Made by a program: the position numbers and the translations under genes. A stretch of DNA of 64,000 bases, taken from assembly GCA_963664705.1 (NCBI GenBank), contig OY761556.1:2176001-2240000 (forward strand), given 5' to 3'. Below are positions 19,887 through 29,032 of this stretch, piece after piece; the first letter of the stretch is position 1; each line of letters opens with the position of its first letter. Below the pieces are notes generated by a model. That model had not been told where the DNA came from. It saw nothing but the letters and a program-made list of their open reading frames with translations, and searched no databases. The stretch comes from Acidobacteriota bacterium (GTDB lineage Bacteria; Acidobacteriota; UBA6911).

Positions 19887-21167
19887 CTATTTTACAAGGA
19901 CTGGAATCTTAGCCAGGATTCCGTAATTTTGGCCGCCCGAAACGCCTGTCGGTTCATGGACAGAACAGGATGGAAGGAAATAGATGGTCCTGGTTTCGTA
20001 CGTGGCGGCATTGCCATCAACGGTTTGCAGATTAAAAAAGCTGACAAAGCTGCTCCAATTCTGGACACGAGTGTTACCGGCGGTAGGATACCAAGTCCCT
20101 TTTGCTGTTGGTCCCATCGACACCGGAGGAAAATCCTCTTTTTCAAGCTCCTTTTCTGTGTTGGATGCCTTGTCCGATATCCATAATATATCGAGATTCA
20201 CAGCTCCCAACACAGTCGCACAATTACCAGGATTGTTTCCCGGACAATCAATTACAGGTAGCGTCATATTCCAAGGCGTCGTTCTCGTACTAGGACCGAA
20301 GCAAGTTCTAAGCGCATCATGCAGATTAGATATTTCTCCTCCCGTGGCACCGATACCCATTCCAAAAATTATTGGCTGAGGATTGCCGGTTGAACAGATT
20401 AATGGGTTCACTGAGGGCGGGTTGGCTTGTTCGCAGGGATCCTGGGTAAAATTGGACCAAGCCGATGTATTGTGGGTGGCGGCATTACCACCACTGTTAG
20501 ACATTCGGCCAACGTTGCATGTGTAATTTCCAGATAAATCCATTATGGACTGCTTGCAGATAGCGATTGGCTGATCAACTTCCTGTGGGTTTATCTTCCC
20601 GGCAAATCCCAGATAAGCTACCGATTCCGCAGTCACGCTAAAACCCGCAAATCCAAGCACCTTGGCAAAAAAGGACTTGGCCTGAGTGCTATCCCTCCGC
20701 GTTTTAACCCTGACTGCGTTGATAAAATTTGGGTCACTATCCAACACCGAATTTGCGGTATTCCATAGGCTTGGTGGTGTTAGCGAAGCATTTGGAGTGA
20801 ACGTCTTAGTTGAGAAACTCCAATGTCCTCTTTGAACATCACCCGAATTTGAGAGCGGTGAATTCACTTCGACCATTACGCGATCGCTATTATTGGTGGT
20901 AGCAGCATCAAAGGCAAATTGATTGGCGTTTATGTTTACTGTAGAGCCAGGCGTAACTCCGCTGCCCATGCAATCGTAGAGACATCTAGCGCCTGCGAGA
21001 GCACCCGCATCCGAAGCATTGTGAAGCTCATTTCTCACGACATACAGGTGCGCAATGTCCACCGCCATAGCGGTAACCGCAACGAAACCAAAAATAAGCA
21101 ACGCTATTATCACAAGCGTCACTCCATGTTCCTTCAAAAGGATGCGCCTTGCCTCCAGGGATTTCAT
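19887..21167 (-). CDS. tadG: TadG-like pilus tip/adhesin protein
   Basis: EHG|VTLVII hydrophobic helix, AVDIAHLY..RNELHNASDAGALAGA Tad motif, Cys-rich C-terminal domain. Confidence 0.8.
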   Translation of the reverse strand: MKSLEARRILLKEHGVTLVIIALLIFGFVAVTAMAVDIAHLYVVRNELHNASDAGALAGARCLYDCMGSGVTPGSTVNINANQFAFDAATTNNSDRVMVEVNSPLSNSGDVQRGHWSFSTKTFTPNASLTPPSLWNTANSVLDSDPNFINAVRVKTRRDSTQAKSFFAKVLGFAGFSVTAESVAYLGFAGKINPQEVDQPIAICKQSIMDLSGNYTCNVGRMSNSGGNAATHNTSAWSNFTQDPCEQANPPSVNPLICSTGNPQPIIFGMGIGATGGEISNLHDALRTCFGPSTRTTPWNMTLPVIDCPGNNPGNCATVLGAVNLDILWISDKASNTEKELEKEDFPPVSMGPTAKGTWYPTAGNTRVQNWSSFVSFFNLQTVDGNAATYETRTIYFLPSCSVHEPTGVSGGQNYGILAKIPVLVK

Positions 21168-21635
21168 TTATTCCAGCCTCATGGTTGTTTTTGCGCCAAT
21201 AGTTATGGTATCGGTCCACCCCACAAATCTTCCAAAGGCAAGGTATCGGTATACATAGCTAACCTTTACCTCCACTGTTCCACCAGTGGCATTGTATTCA
21301 GGATGGGCGGGATCGCCGGGGCTCCCTCCAGTCCTGGTTGCCGTAGTAGTAACCGTAGCTGCACCACCAAAGCTAACCAGCTTTGACTGCAGATACTTGG
21401 TCACCGCCAGAGATGCTGCGGTTTGCATATCGGCTGCAGACCAATAGCTACCCGAGATGTTGGTGGAATAGGTCATTCCGGCTCTGGCACCTTCGCGGCT
21501 GGCATTGGTAACCATTGCTTGATCATAAAAGAGAATCCCAAAATCAAGAAGACCAAGCAAGAGGACACACAAAAATGGCAGCACTAACGCCAATTCGATG
21601 GCAGCCTGTCCCCTGTTTCCACCATTTCGTTTCAT
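21168..21635 (-). CDS. tadE: TadE-like minor pilin
   Basis: RG|QAAIELALVLP..LLDFG..NASREGAR. Confidence 0.88.
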   Translation of the reverse strand: MKRNGGNRGQAAIELALVLPFLCVLLLGLLDFGILFYDQAMVTNASREGARAGMTYSTNISGSYWSAADMQTAASLAVTKYLQSKLVSFGGAATVTTTATRTGGSPGDPAHPEYNATGGTVEVKVSYVYRYLAFGRFVGWTDTITIGAKTTMRLE

Positions 21636-21668
21636 CGCTCTTTATCCGTAGCCAAATCAAACAAAAGG

Positions 21669-22151
21669 CTATTCCATTCTCATGATTGTTTTTGTTGATA
21701 GAGGTACTGCACCACCACTAATCGCCGTGAAAGCCGGCAAAACAAGAAATCTGTAACTGAAGCTTACTTGAACCCTAACTTTTGCATTGTCATTATGTTG
21801 CGATGGCGGCGAGGTTACCCACGTAGTACCTCCATCCGTAGACCATGTTGTAACTACATCTGTGGCTGCATTGAAGTGAGTCCCAAATGTTATAAGCCGG
21901 TTTTGGAGATAGCTGTTCACCGCTGATCGCACTTCCGCTGCTGTTAATGCAGCATACCCAAATGTCGCCGAGTCAGCTCTGAAAACCGCACCCGCTCGAG
22001 CTCCCTCCCTGCTTGCTCTCGTAATCATGCTTTTGTCATACATGATGAAGCTGAATTCGATAATTCCAAAGATTAGTACAAGAAGTATTATTGCGGTCAA
22101 TGCAAACTCAACCAACGTTTGACCGCGCTCTGAACTTGTCACCTTAAACAT
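21669..22151 (-). CDS. tadE: TadE-like minor pilin
   Basis: RG|QTLVEFAL..IIEFS..ASREGAR. Confidence 0.88.
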   Translation of the reverse strand: MFKVTSSERGQTLVEFALTAIILLVLIFGIIEFSFIMYDKSMITRASREGARAGAVFRADSATFGYAALTAAEVRSAVNSYLQNRLITFGTHFNAATDVVTTWSTDGGTTWVTSPPSQHNDNAKVRVQVSFSYRFLVLPAFTAISGGAVPLSTKTIMRME

Positions 22152-22332
22152 TTGCGCTGCTCTCTCGTGAGGATCGGAGACTCAATTCAAACGATGCCCT
22201 TGGGATGAGATCCTCACAAGACCATCGTTGCTTTCCGGAAGAATACTCATTCTATATTATATATCGGTCTTAACTCCCATTTGAATTAAATTCAGTAGGA
22301 AATGATCAATTCCTTACGAAATGGTTACCTAT

Positions 22333-23314
22333 TCAAAAATAAAAGCAAATCTCCGGGACGATGCCCGTAGGGGTATATAAACAGCGTCCAAATTTCCTCT
22401 GGTAATCATTCCGCAATAGATTAACTCGGGCTTGAATGACCGCAGGATCATCGGATAAATGATATGAGGAAATCGCCATTCGCGGTCGATGTTTTCTAAT
22501 TGTCTCGATAGCGCCTGTTAACGCTTCCCGTTCAGACCCCTCGATGTCCATTTTGATAAAATCTATTCTTTTGAGCCCTAACTCGCGCACCATCTTGTCA
22601 ATTGTGGTTAGTGGCAGCTTGTTGGTTCGAGAACTGGATCGGTCCATGACGAAGCTGTCGGCCGAATTATTATTGGGATCAATACTCATATCGAGAGTAT
22701 CCTCTTTGCTCCAAATACCCTTTGGGTAAATTATTACCTTACCCTTGTCAATTTCCTTGGCCAAATTTCTACTTAAACACTCAAGGAGCGGTTGGCATTG
22801 GTTCTACCGCAATAACAATGGATGCGCCAAGATCTAAAGCGTGTCGGGTAAAAACGCCAATATTTGCCCCCCCATCAATGACAACATCCCCTGTCCTGAT
22901 CTTGGCAAGGGGATGGTCGTAAATTCCAAATTCCTGTTCTGCGAGCATGTGAGCAACATCTGCAAGGTTATCTCCCCGAATAGTCCATAGCTGTGAGCCA
23001 TTAATATTTAGCAAATCAATGTCAAAAACTGAGTCTGAAGTTACTTGAACGATGGCTTTCTGCAGAAATTTGGTCCGGTCTAGCAAAGGCTGATAATTTC
23101 GAAGACTGAAAACACTTTCTGCGGACGAGCAATAGTTGTGCTGCCCGCTAAAGCGCATCTGCGCCATCCTTATGCACCCCCAGATTTCAAACCTAAGAAA
23201 GAACATGGCGATGCAAAAAGCGATGGTCACTAGCAAGCCAGGCTTTACGCGTATCGTTCTCCAGCAGAATCTACAGTGCATGATACCCTCCCTTCGCAGG
23301 CTGTTTGTTATCAA
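22333..23314 (-). pseudogene. FkbM-family methyltransferase split by a +1 frameshift
   Basis: 5' part has IDGGANIG..IAVEP; 3' part has IDFIKMDIEGSE. Removing one C at ~22785-22786 joins them as EPMPTALECLSRNLAKEIDK. Confidence 0.8.
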
Positions 23315-23711
23315 ACACCGCTCACTCCACTAGTCTTTTCCATATCATTCGGAAACAAATTCAGATCCTGGACAGAGTTGCTAAGCCGGTCCCTCAGCCT
23401 CCACGCCGATATCCACTCTACCAGGCGCTATCGATTCCATGGACATCAAATAGAAAAATGGAAAACCTGCCAAATTGAGGATATGAATACCTGTCTCTCT
23501 ATGCGATAGATATTCTAAAACTATTACGCTCAACCCAGATCGAAAAACTCTGCAGGTTTGGATTTAGCAAGCGCGCGAAGTCCGGATCTCTCGCGGCACA
23601 GAAATCATGCTCGAAATCACAGTAGAACTGAAACATGTTCCCGAGATCTTCCGCGCCCGGAAAGCCCAGCCCACGATAAACAAATTATAGTTACTCCGTC
23701 CAGTGGCCCTG

Positions 23712-24173
23712 CTAGCGCAAGCCGGCCTTGTAGCGAGCGCGTGGTTCATGAATTCCAGAACTCTTACGAACCCAGTTTTGGACTGTCAACCCGGGTACCC
23801 GGTCAAACTCCTTTTCGTTGTTTGTCACGAGCGGGACGCCAAGTGCAACCGCATGAGAGGCAATCCACAAATCGCTATTCCCGATGATTCGCCCTTCCTT
23901 CTCCAAAGCCGTACGAATCCTGCCATAGCAATCGCCCACATCCGCGCCAATGTCCACCACCGGGATCAGTTCCGTCAACTCGTGCAGTACCCTTTCCGCA
24001 TCAGCCCTGCTTCGACTCTTGCAGGCCCCGTGGCTCAGTTCCCCATAGGTAATCACGGATATCGCAACATCTCCCGGCTGCAATCTTTTGAATCGAGCCA
24101 GCACCTCCGCAGGACGCGCCTTCGCAATGTAGATGCAGATATTCGTGTCCAGCAGATAACGCAATGGCATCAA
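23712..24173 (-). CDS. vapC: VapC PIN-domain toxin
   Basis: YLLDTNICIY, ITYGEL, IGNSDLWIASHA and LVTNNEKEFDRV motifs. Confidence 0.93.
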   Translation of the reverse strand: MMPLRYLLDTNICIYIAKARPAEVLARFKRLQPGDVAISVITYGELSHGACKSRSRADAERVLHELTELIPVVDIGADVGDCYGRIRTALEKEGRIIGNSDLWIASHAVALGVPLVTNNEKEFDRVPGLTVQNWVRKSSGIHEPRARYKAGLR

Positions 24174-24406
24174 AAATCCTCCCGATCCTGAGGCCGTTCA
24201 TCCTCCCGCCCCTCCTGCAGGAAATCGGCCGGCAGTGACGTCAATAATGCAAATGCCCTCGCCAGGTTGCACGATTTTTTTCTCAATACAACTTCATCCC
24301 CACGCCGGAAAATTTCAATCTCATCCGAATCAAACTGAAATTCCTTTGGGAGTCGGACCGCCTGGGAGTTGCCGCTCTTGAATACTTTTGTTGTCCGCAT
24401 AGACAT
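24170..24406 (-). CDS. vapB: VapB antitoxin (AbrB/MazE fold)
   Basis: TKVFKSGNSQAVRLPKEF. AGGAGGT RBS supports a start at 24406. Overlaps vapC. Confidence 0.92.
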   Translation of the reverse strand: MSMRTTKVFKSGNSQAVRLPKEFQFDSDEIEIFRRGDEVVLRKKSCNLARAFALLTSLPADFLQEGREDERPQDREDF

Positions 24407-24407
24407 A

Positions 24408-24429
24408 GTATATACCTCCTGTATATACA
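24408..24429. promoter_or_regulatory. vapBC operator (two GTATATAC palindromes)
   Basis: GTATATAC at 24408-24415 and TGTATATACA at 24420-24429 flank the RBS. Confidence 0.7.
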
Positions 24430-24575
24430 CCGGAAGGAAATTGGCGGCGAAAGGCACGCTGGTACCGCAAGCCACACAAACGGCGCAAAACCGATTTTTT
24501 TGAAATTTGGGCGAATCTGCGGCGTATTTACGATAGAATTTTTGTGTAAATTCAACCCCAAGCGAGAGCAGAAAT

Positions 24576-25040
24576 ATGAAAGAAATCATTCGCTTTAAAC
24601 TGAACGGCAAATCGACGACTCTGGATGTCGAAGGCGATCGAACACTTCTCTGGGTGCTGCGCACCGATCTCGGATTGACCGGGACCAAATACGGCTGCGG
24701 GAAAGCCATCTGCGGCGCATGCACCGTCGTCATCAACAAAAATGCCGTACGATCCTGCCAGATACCCATTCGAGACGTTCAAGGCAAGGAAGTCATTACC
24801 ATCGAAGGCCTGGCCACCGGAGAGAAGCTCCACCCGCTGCAGGCCGCCTTTGTCGAACATGGCGCCGTTCAGTGCGGATTCTGCACTCCCGGCATGATCA
24901 TGAACGCCTATGCAATGCTTTTGAAGAATCCAAAGCTCACGCGCAAGCAGATCATCGAGGGCATGGATGACAACCTCTGCCGATGCAGCGGACACAAGCG
25001 CATTGTCGAAGCCATTGAAAGCGTTGCGACCAGGAAATAA
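24576..25040 (+). CDS. (2Fe-2S) small subunit of xanthine-oxidase family enzyme (IorA/CoxS-like)
   Basis: GTKYGCGKAICGACT, QCGFCTPG and NLCRC motifs. Confidence 0.93.
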   Translation: MKEIIRFKLNGKSTTLDVEGDRTLLWVLRTDLGLTGTKYGCGKAICGACTVVINKNAVRSCQIPIRDVQGKEVITIEGLATGEKLHPLQAAFVEHGAVQCGFCTPGMIMNAYAMLLKNPKLTRKQIIEGMDDNLCRCSGHKRIVEAIESVATRK

Positions 25041-25051
25041 GGGGCAAAATC

Positions 25052-27214
25052 ATGAAGAATGAAATTTCGAGAACTTCTGTAAAATCCGGGGCTGGATTCG
25101 ATCGCCGCAATTTTATGAAATTGCTGGGAGGCGGCATCGTCGTCCTTTTTGCCGTTGATTCGCCTGCCCACGCGGCACAACAAGGCCCCCCTGGAGGATT
25201 CGGCGGATTTGGCGGACCTCCGGGAGGCGCTTCAGACCTCAATGCCTATCTGAAAATCGGAGAAGACGGCGCCATCACCGTTTTCAGCGGCAAAATTGAA
25301 CAGGGACAGGGAAACACTACCGCGCTGGCTCAGATGGCAGCCGAAGAGCTGGGCGCTTCCCTCGATTCCATCCACATGATCATGGGCGATACCGATCTCT
25401 GCCCGTGGGACATGGGCACCTTCGGATCCATGTCGATCCGTATATACGGTGCCGCGCTGCGCTCCGCCGCGGCCGAGGCCCGGGGAATCCTGCTCGAAAT
25501 GGCCTCCGAGCAGCTTAAAGTTCCCAAAGATCAGCTGAAAATTGAAAATGGAGTCATCTATGCCGGCTCCGACCGCAAAACGCAGGTGACTTTTGCGCAG
25601 CTCGCCAAAGGGCAGAAACTCGTCCGGAAGCTGGAGAAAAAACCGGAGCCAAAGCCCGTATCCCAGTTCACCGTCATCGGCAAATCCCCCGTGCGCGTGG
25701 ACGGCAAAGACAAAGTGACCGGCAAGGCCCAGTTCACCGGCGATCTCCGTTTTGAAGGGCTTCTCTACGCCAGGCTGCTGCGGCCACCCGCTCACGGCGC
25801 CAAAATTAAAAACGTGGACGTTTCCGCTGCCCAGAAATTCGCCGGAGTTACCATCGTCAATCAGGACGGCCTCGTCGCAGTGCTGCACCCCGATCCGGAA
25901 TACGCGGAAAAAGCGCTCGCCGCCATCAAGGCCGATTACGACTTGCCCGCTGCCGCATTTGACGATCAGACCGTCTTCGACTATATCCTGAAGAACGCGC
26001 CCAAGCCCCAGCCGCGCGAACGCAAGGGAGATCTGGCTGCCGGCGAAAAAGCATCGGCCACCATTTTCGAAGAAAAATACCTCAACGGCTATGGAGCCCA
26101 TGGCTCTATTGAAACCCATACCGCAGTCGCAAAAATGGATGGCGACAAAATGACCGTGTGGATCTCCACGCAAACGCCGTTCATGAATCAGAGCGAAATC
26201 GCCCGCGCCGTCGGCCTCAATTCCAAAAACGTTCGAATCATCACCCCTTATGTCGGCGGCGGATTCGGCGGCAAAAGCGCTATCCCACAGGCCGTGGAAG
26301 CGGCGCGCCTCGCCAAGATTACCGGCAAGCCCGTGCAGGTCGCTTTCTCGCGCACCGAGGAATTTTTCTATGACTCGTTCCGGCCTGCCGCCATCGTGAA
26401 AATCAAGTCGGGAGTCGACGCCGCCGGCAAAATCTGCTTGTGGGACTACCATGTGTATTATGCCGGCGACCGGGCCTCCGAACAGTACTATGACGTTCCG
26501 AACAGCCATATCACCACCTACGGAAGCTGGATGGGCATGGGACCGAGCGTCCACCCCTTCAATACCGGCGCATGGCGCGCTCCCGGTGCGAATATCAATG
26601 TCTTCGCACGGGAATCCCACCTCGATATCATGGCGGCAAAGCTCAAAGTGGACCCGCTTGAATTCCGCATGAAAAATACCTCGGAACCGCGCGTGCGCCG
26701 CGTGCTCGAGGAAGCCGCCAAACGCTTCGGCTACAAGCCGGCCGTCGGCCCCAGCGGCCGCGGAATCGGAATCGCCTGCGGCTTCGACGCGGAAACCTAT
26801 GTCGCCCAAATTGCCGAGGTCAAACTGGACAAGGCCAACAATGTAACGGTCAAACGCATCATCTGCGCCCAGGACATGGGTGTTGCCATCAACCCGTTCG
26901 GGGCCACCATGCAGATGGAAGGATGCATCATGATGGGGCTCGGCTATAGCCTGATGGAAGACCTGCGGTTCAAGGGCGGCCAGATTCTGACGCAGAATTT
27001 TGATGACTACGCGATGCCCCACTTTTCCCATTTGCCGGACATCGATGCGTTCCTCGTCAAAAACGACGAACTGCCGGCAAAGGGCGGCGGAGAACCGGCC
27101 ATCGTTCCGGTCGGCGCCGCCATCGCCAACGCCATCTTTGATGCCGTCGGAGCCCGGGTTTTCCAAATGCCTTTTACACCGGAGAGAATTACACAGGCAC
27201 TGAAAAAAGCCTAA
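25052..27214 (+). CDS. Molybdopterin-binding large subunit (IorB/aldehyde oxidoreductase-like) with Tat signal
   Basis: DRRNFMK twin-arginine motif, EQGQG, GGGFGGK, WRAPG and GGGEPA motifs. Confidence 0.9.
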   Translation: MKNEISRTSVKSGAGFDRRNFMKLLGGGIVVLFAVDSPAHAAQQGPPGGFGGFGGPPGGASDLNAYLKIGEDGAITVFSGKIEQGQGNTTALAQMAAEELGASLDSIHMIMGDTDLCPWDMGTFGSMSIRIYGAALRSAAAEARGILLEMASEQLKVPKDQLKIENGVIYAGSDRKTQVTFAQLAKGQKLVRKLEKKPEPKPVSQFTVIGKSPVRVDGKDKVTGKAQFTGDLRFEGLLYARLLRPPAHGAKIKNVDVSAAQKFAGVTIVNQDGLVAVLHPDPEYAEKALAAIKADYDLPAAAFDDQTVFDYILKNAPKPQPRERKGDLAAGEKASATIFEEKYLNGYGAHGSIETHTAVAKMDGDKMTVWISTQTPFMNQSEIARAVGLNSKNVRIITPYVGGGFGGKSAIPQAVEAARLAKITGKPVQVAFSRTEEFFYDSFRPAAIVKIKSGVDAAGKICLWDYHVYYAGDRASEQYYDVPNSHITTYGSWMGMGPSVHPFNTGAWRAPGANINVFARESHLDIMAAKLKVDPLEFRMKNTSEPRVRRVLEEAAKRFGYKPAVGPSGRGIGIACGFDAETYVAQIAEVKLDKANNVTVKRIICAQDMGVAINPFGATMQMEGCIMMGLGYSLMEDLRFKGGQILTQNFDDYAMPHFSHLPDIDAFLVKNDELPAKGGGEPAIVPVGAAIANAIFDAVGARVFQMPFTPERITQALKKA

Positions 27215-27217
27215 TCG

Positions 27218-27255
27218 GGAAAGCACTGGGAGCGCCGGAACTCCCAGTGCTTTCC
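27218..27255 (+). terminator. Strong hairpin after the IorB-like gene
   Basis: Perfect 15-bp stem GGAAAGCACTGGGAG/CTCCCAGTGCTTTCC; weak U-tract. Confidence 0.6.
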
Positions 27256-27278
27256 ATGGTACAAATCGGAATCAAACC

Positions 27279-27848
27279 ATGACTCTATCGCGAAATGAAG
27301 CCTGGCAACACTTCAGTGACTGGACCAAAACGGAATCGCTTCGAAAACATGCGCGTGCAGTTGAAATCGTGATGGGACAGGCCGCCTTCAAATATGGAAA
27401 CGGAGCGGCCGATGAAGAACAGTGGCGCGTCGCCGGCCTGCTGCACGATGCCGATTACGAACAGTGGCCGGAAGACCACCCGAACCGCATCGTGGCCTGG
27501 CTTCGAGAGCGTGGCGAAAACGATCTCGCCCACGCCATCTCCGCTCACTACACCCGATGGAATGTCCCCTATGAAAGCGCCCTGGACAAAGCGCTGCTCG
27601 CCTGCGACGAATTGACCGGATTCGTCATCGCCGCCTGCCTGATACGACCGGAGGGAATCACGACTCTCACCGCGCAAAGCATAAAGAAGAAACTGAAGGA
27701 TAAGGCATTTGCCGCAAAGGTTGACCGGCAGGAAATTGCTGCGGGGGCGGAATTACTGGGTGTGGATCTGCTGGAACATATTCAATTTGTCATCGATGCG
27801 CTCAAGCCCCACGCGGAAGAACTGGGCGTACTGGGAACATCGAGATAG
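27279..27848 (+). CDS. HD-domain phosphohydrolase family protein
   Basis: SLRKH, GLLHDADYE, AISAH, ACDELTG and KKKLKDKAFA motifs. Confidence 0.85.
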   Translation: MTLSRNEAWQHFSDWTKTESLRKHARAVEIVMGQAAFKYGNGAADEEQWRVAGLLHDADYEQWPEDHPNRIVAWLRERGENDLAHAISAHYTRWNVPYESALDKALLACDELTGFVIAACLIRPEGITTLTAQSIKKKLKDKAFAAKVDRQEIAAGAELLGVDLLEHIQFVIDALKPHAEELGVLGTSR

Positions 27849-27859
27849 CATCCTCTGGT

Positions 27860-27924
27860 TTCGTATAAATTCGTGGAATTCGTGGCAACAAGGAAGCTGG
27901 AGATCGGCCACGAATTTACACGAA
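27860..27924. repeat. Inverted CCACGAATTTACACGAA-type repeat between convergent genes
   Basis: 27860-27876 pairs with 27908-27924 (one mismatch). A related copy lies at 41042-41058. Confidence 0.6.
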
Positions 27925-27930
27925 TACCTT

Positions 27931-28770
27931 TTATCGGCTAATCGTAAGCGCCATCCACTCCTCACGATCTTTGCGCGCGATAATCTTCAGTCCGGCGCCG
28001 GCAAGAGCTTCGGCGATCTCGTCGTAATCCGCGGGCTGCAAACCGGACAGGCACGCCGTGCCGCCGGCCTTTATCAGCCGCGGGAGATAGGGACAAAAAG
28101 ACGGCATCGTCCGGATATCCAGATTCGCAACCACAATATCGAATCCTTCCAGCTCAATATCTTCAAAGGAGGCTACGCGCAACTGCAGCTCGTCTCCAAA
28201 CCCATTTGAGCTGCAATACTCCCGCGCACATTCCACTGCCACCGGATCGTTATCCACCGCCAGCGCAAATACCGCCCCCAGGCGGATCGACGCCATCGCG
28301 AGAATACCCGTCCCCGTCCCTACATCCAGGACCCGCTCGCCTCCCGCCACGTGATGCTCCAGCCATTCCACCACCAGCTGTGTCGTCGCGTGATACCCGG
28401 TACCAAAGGCTCTCTTGGGATCAATGACAATTTCAATGCCGCTAAACGATGGGTCGGGGTCATGCCAGCTCTGCCGTATCCGGAAACGCTCCCCTAATCG
28501 AATCGGCTGCAGCGATTCCGCCCATTTCGCATTCCAATCCTGGTCTGGAACGGAGTTGACGGCCACATCCTCTGCGCCAATCGGAGCTTCGAGCAACTCC
28601 AGCGCTTTCATCAAATCCGCCAGGGCCGCCGGATTCCAACGATCCTCCGGCCAGAAAAGATGAATACGGCCATTGGCTTCCCAGGCTCCCAGCGATTCCC
28701 CGCCCTCCAGCAGGCCAAGCAGTTCGCCGGAATCCACTTCCGCCGGAATGTCGACTTCAATGTAATTCAT
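27931..28770 (-). CDS. prmA: Ribosomal protein L11 methyltransferase
   Basis: DQDWNAKW, IDPKRAFGTGYHATT, VLDVGTGTGILA, DNDPVA and VVANL motifs. Confidence 0.9.
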   Translation of the reverse strand: MNYIEVDIPAEVDSGELLGLLEGGESLGAWEANGRIHLFWPEDRWNPAALADLMKALELLEAPIGAEDVAVNSVPDQDWNAKWAESLQPIRLGERFRIRQSWHDPDPSFSGIEIVIDPKRAFGTGYHATTQLVVEWLEHHVAGGERVLDVGTGTGILAMASIRLGAVFALAVDNDPVAVECAREYCSSNGFGDELQLRVASFEDIELEGFDIVVANLDIRTMPSFCPYLPRLIKAGGTACLSGLQPADYDEIAEALAGAGLKIIARKDREEWMALTISR

Positions 28771-28840
28771 AGGAGGTGGAGTGTACCACAAGCAAAGGCT
28801 TCAAGGAGACGGCAGGATCAGAGCATGCAGAAAAAAATTT

Positions 28841-29025
28841 GTCGCTGCGCCCCGGTTTCCTTCAGCCGAATGTGCCGGAAGTTGCTGCCAAATGACGAGG
28901 TCTGTCCGTCATGCCAATCGTTATATTTAAGATCGATTGGCTCCGACAACCAGGCACGACGAATAAAACAACAAACCCATTCGCCGCTCGAGATCGGTCT
29001 TTCTGGATCCGTGGATCGCAGCGAC
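28841..29025 (-). ncRNA. Candidate ~185-nt structured non-coding RNA of unknown class
   Basis: Its 5' and 3' ends pair (GUCGCUGCG/CGCAGCGAC, extended). Several internal hairpins, with G-U pairs favouring the minus strand. A U-tract follows. A sigma70 promoter places the start at the first stem base. Confidence 0.65.
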
Positions 29026-29032
29026 TGATACT

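Noticed and set aside
22781-22783. TGA in the FkbM gene as selenocysteine
   Set aside because: The downstream half is in another frame and an in-frame TAG follows shortly; it is a frameshift.
23315-23711. Possible gene remnant between FkbM and vapC
   Set aside because: Short reading frames only; no family recognisable by eye.
24407-24769. 199-aa version of VapB
   Set aside because: Overlaps the Fe-S subunit gene; the RBS and AbrB domain support a start at 24406.
25232-27226. 664-aa ORF antisense to the molybdoenzyme large subunit
   Set aside because: Shadow of a GC-rich, codon-biased gene; no recognisable motifs, while the plus strand has clear family motifs.
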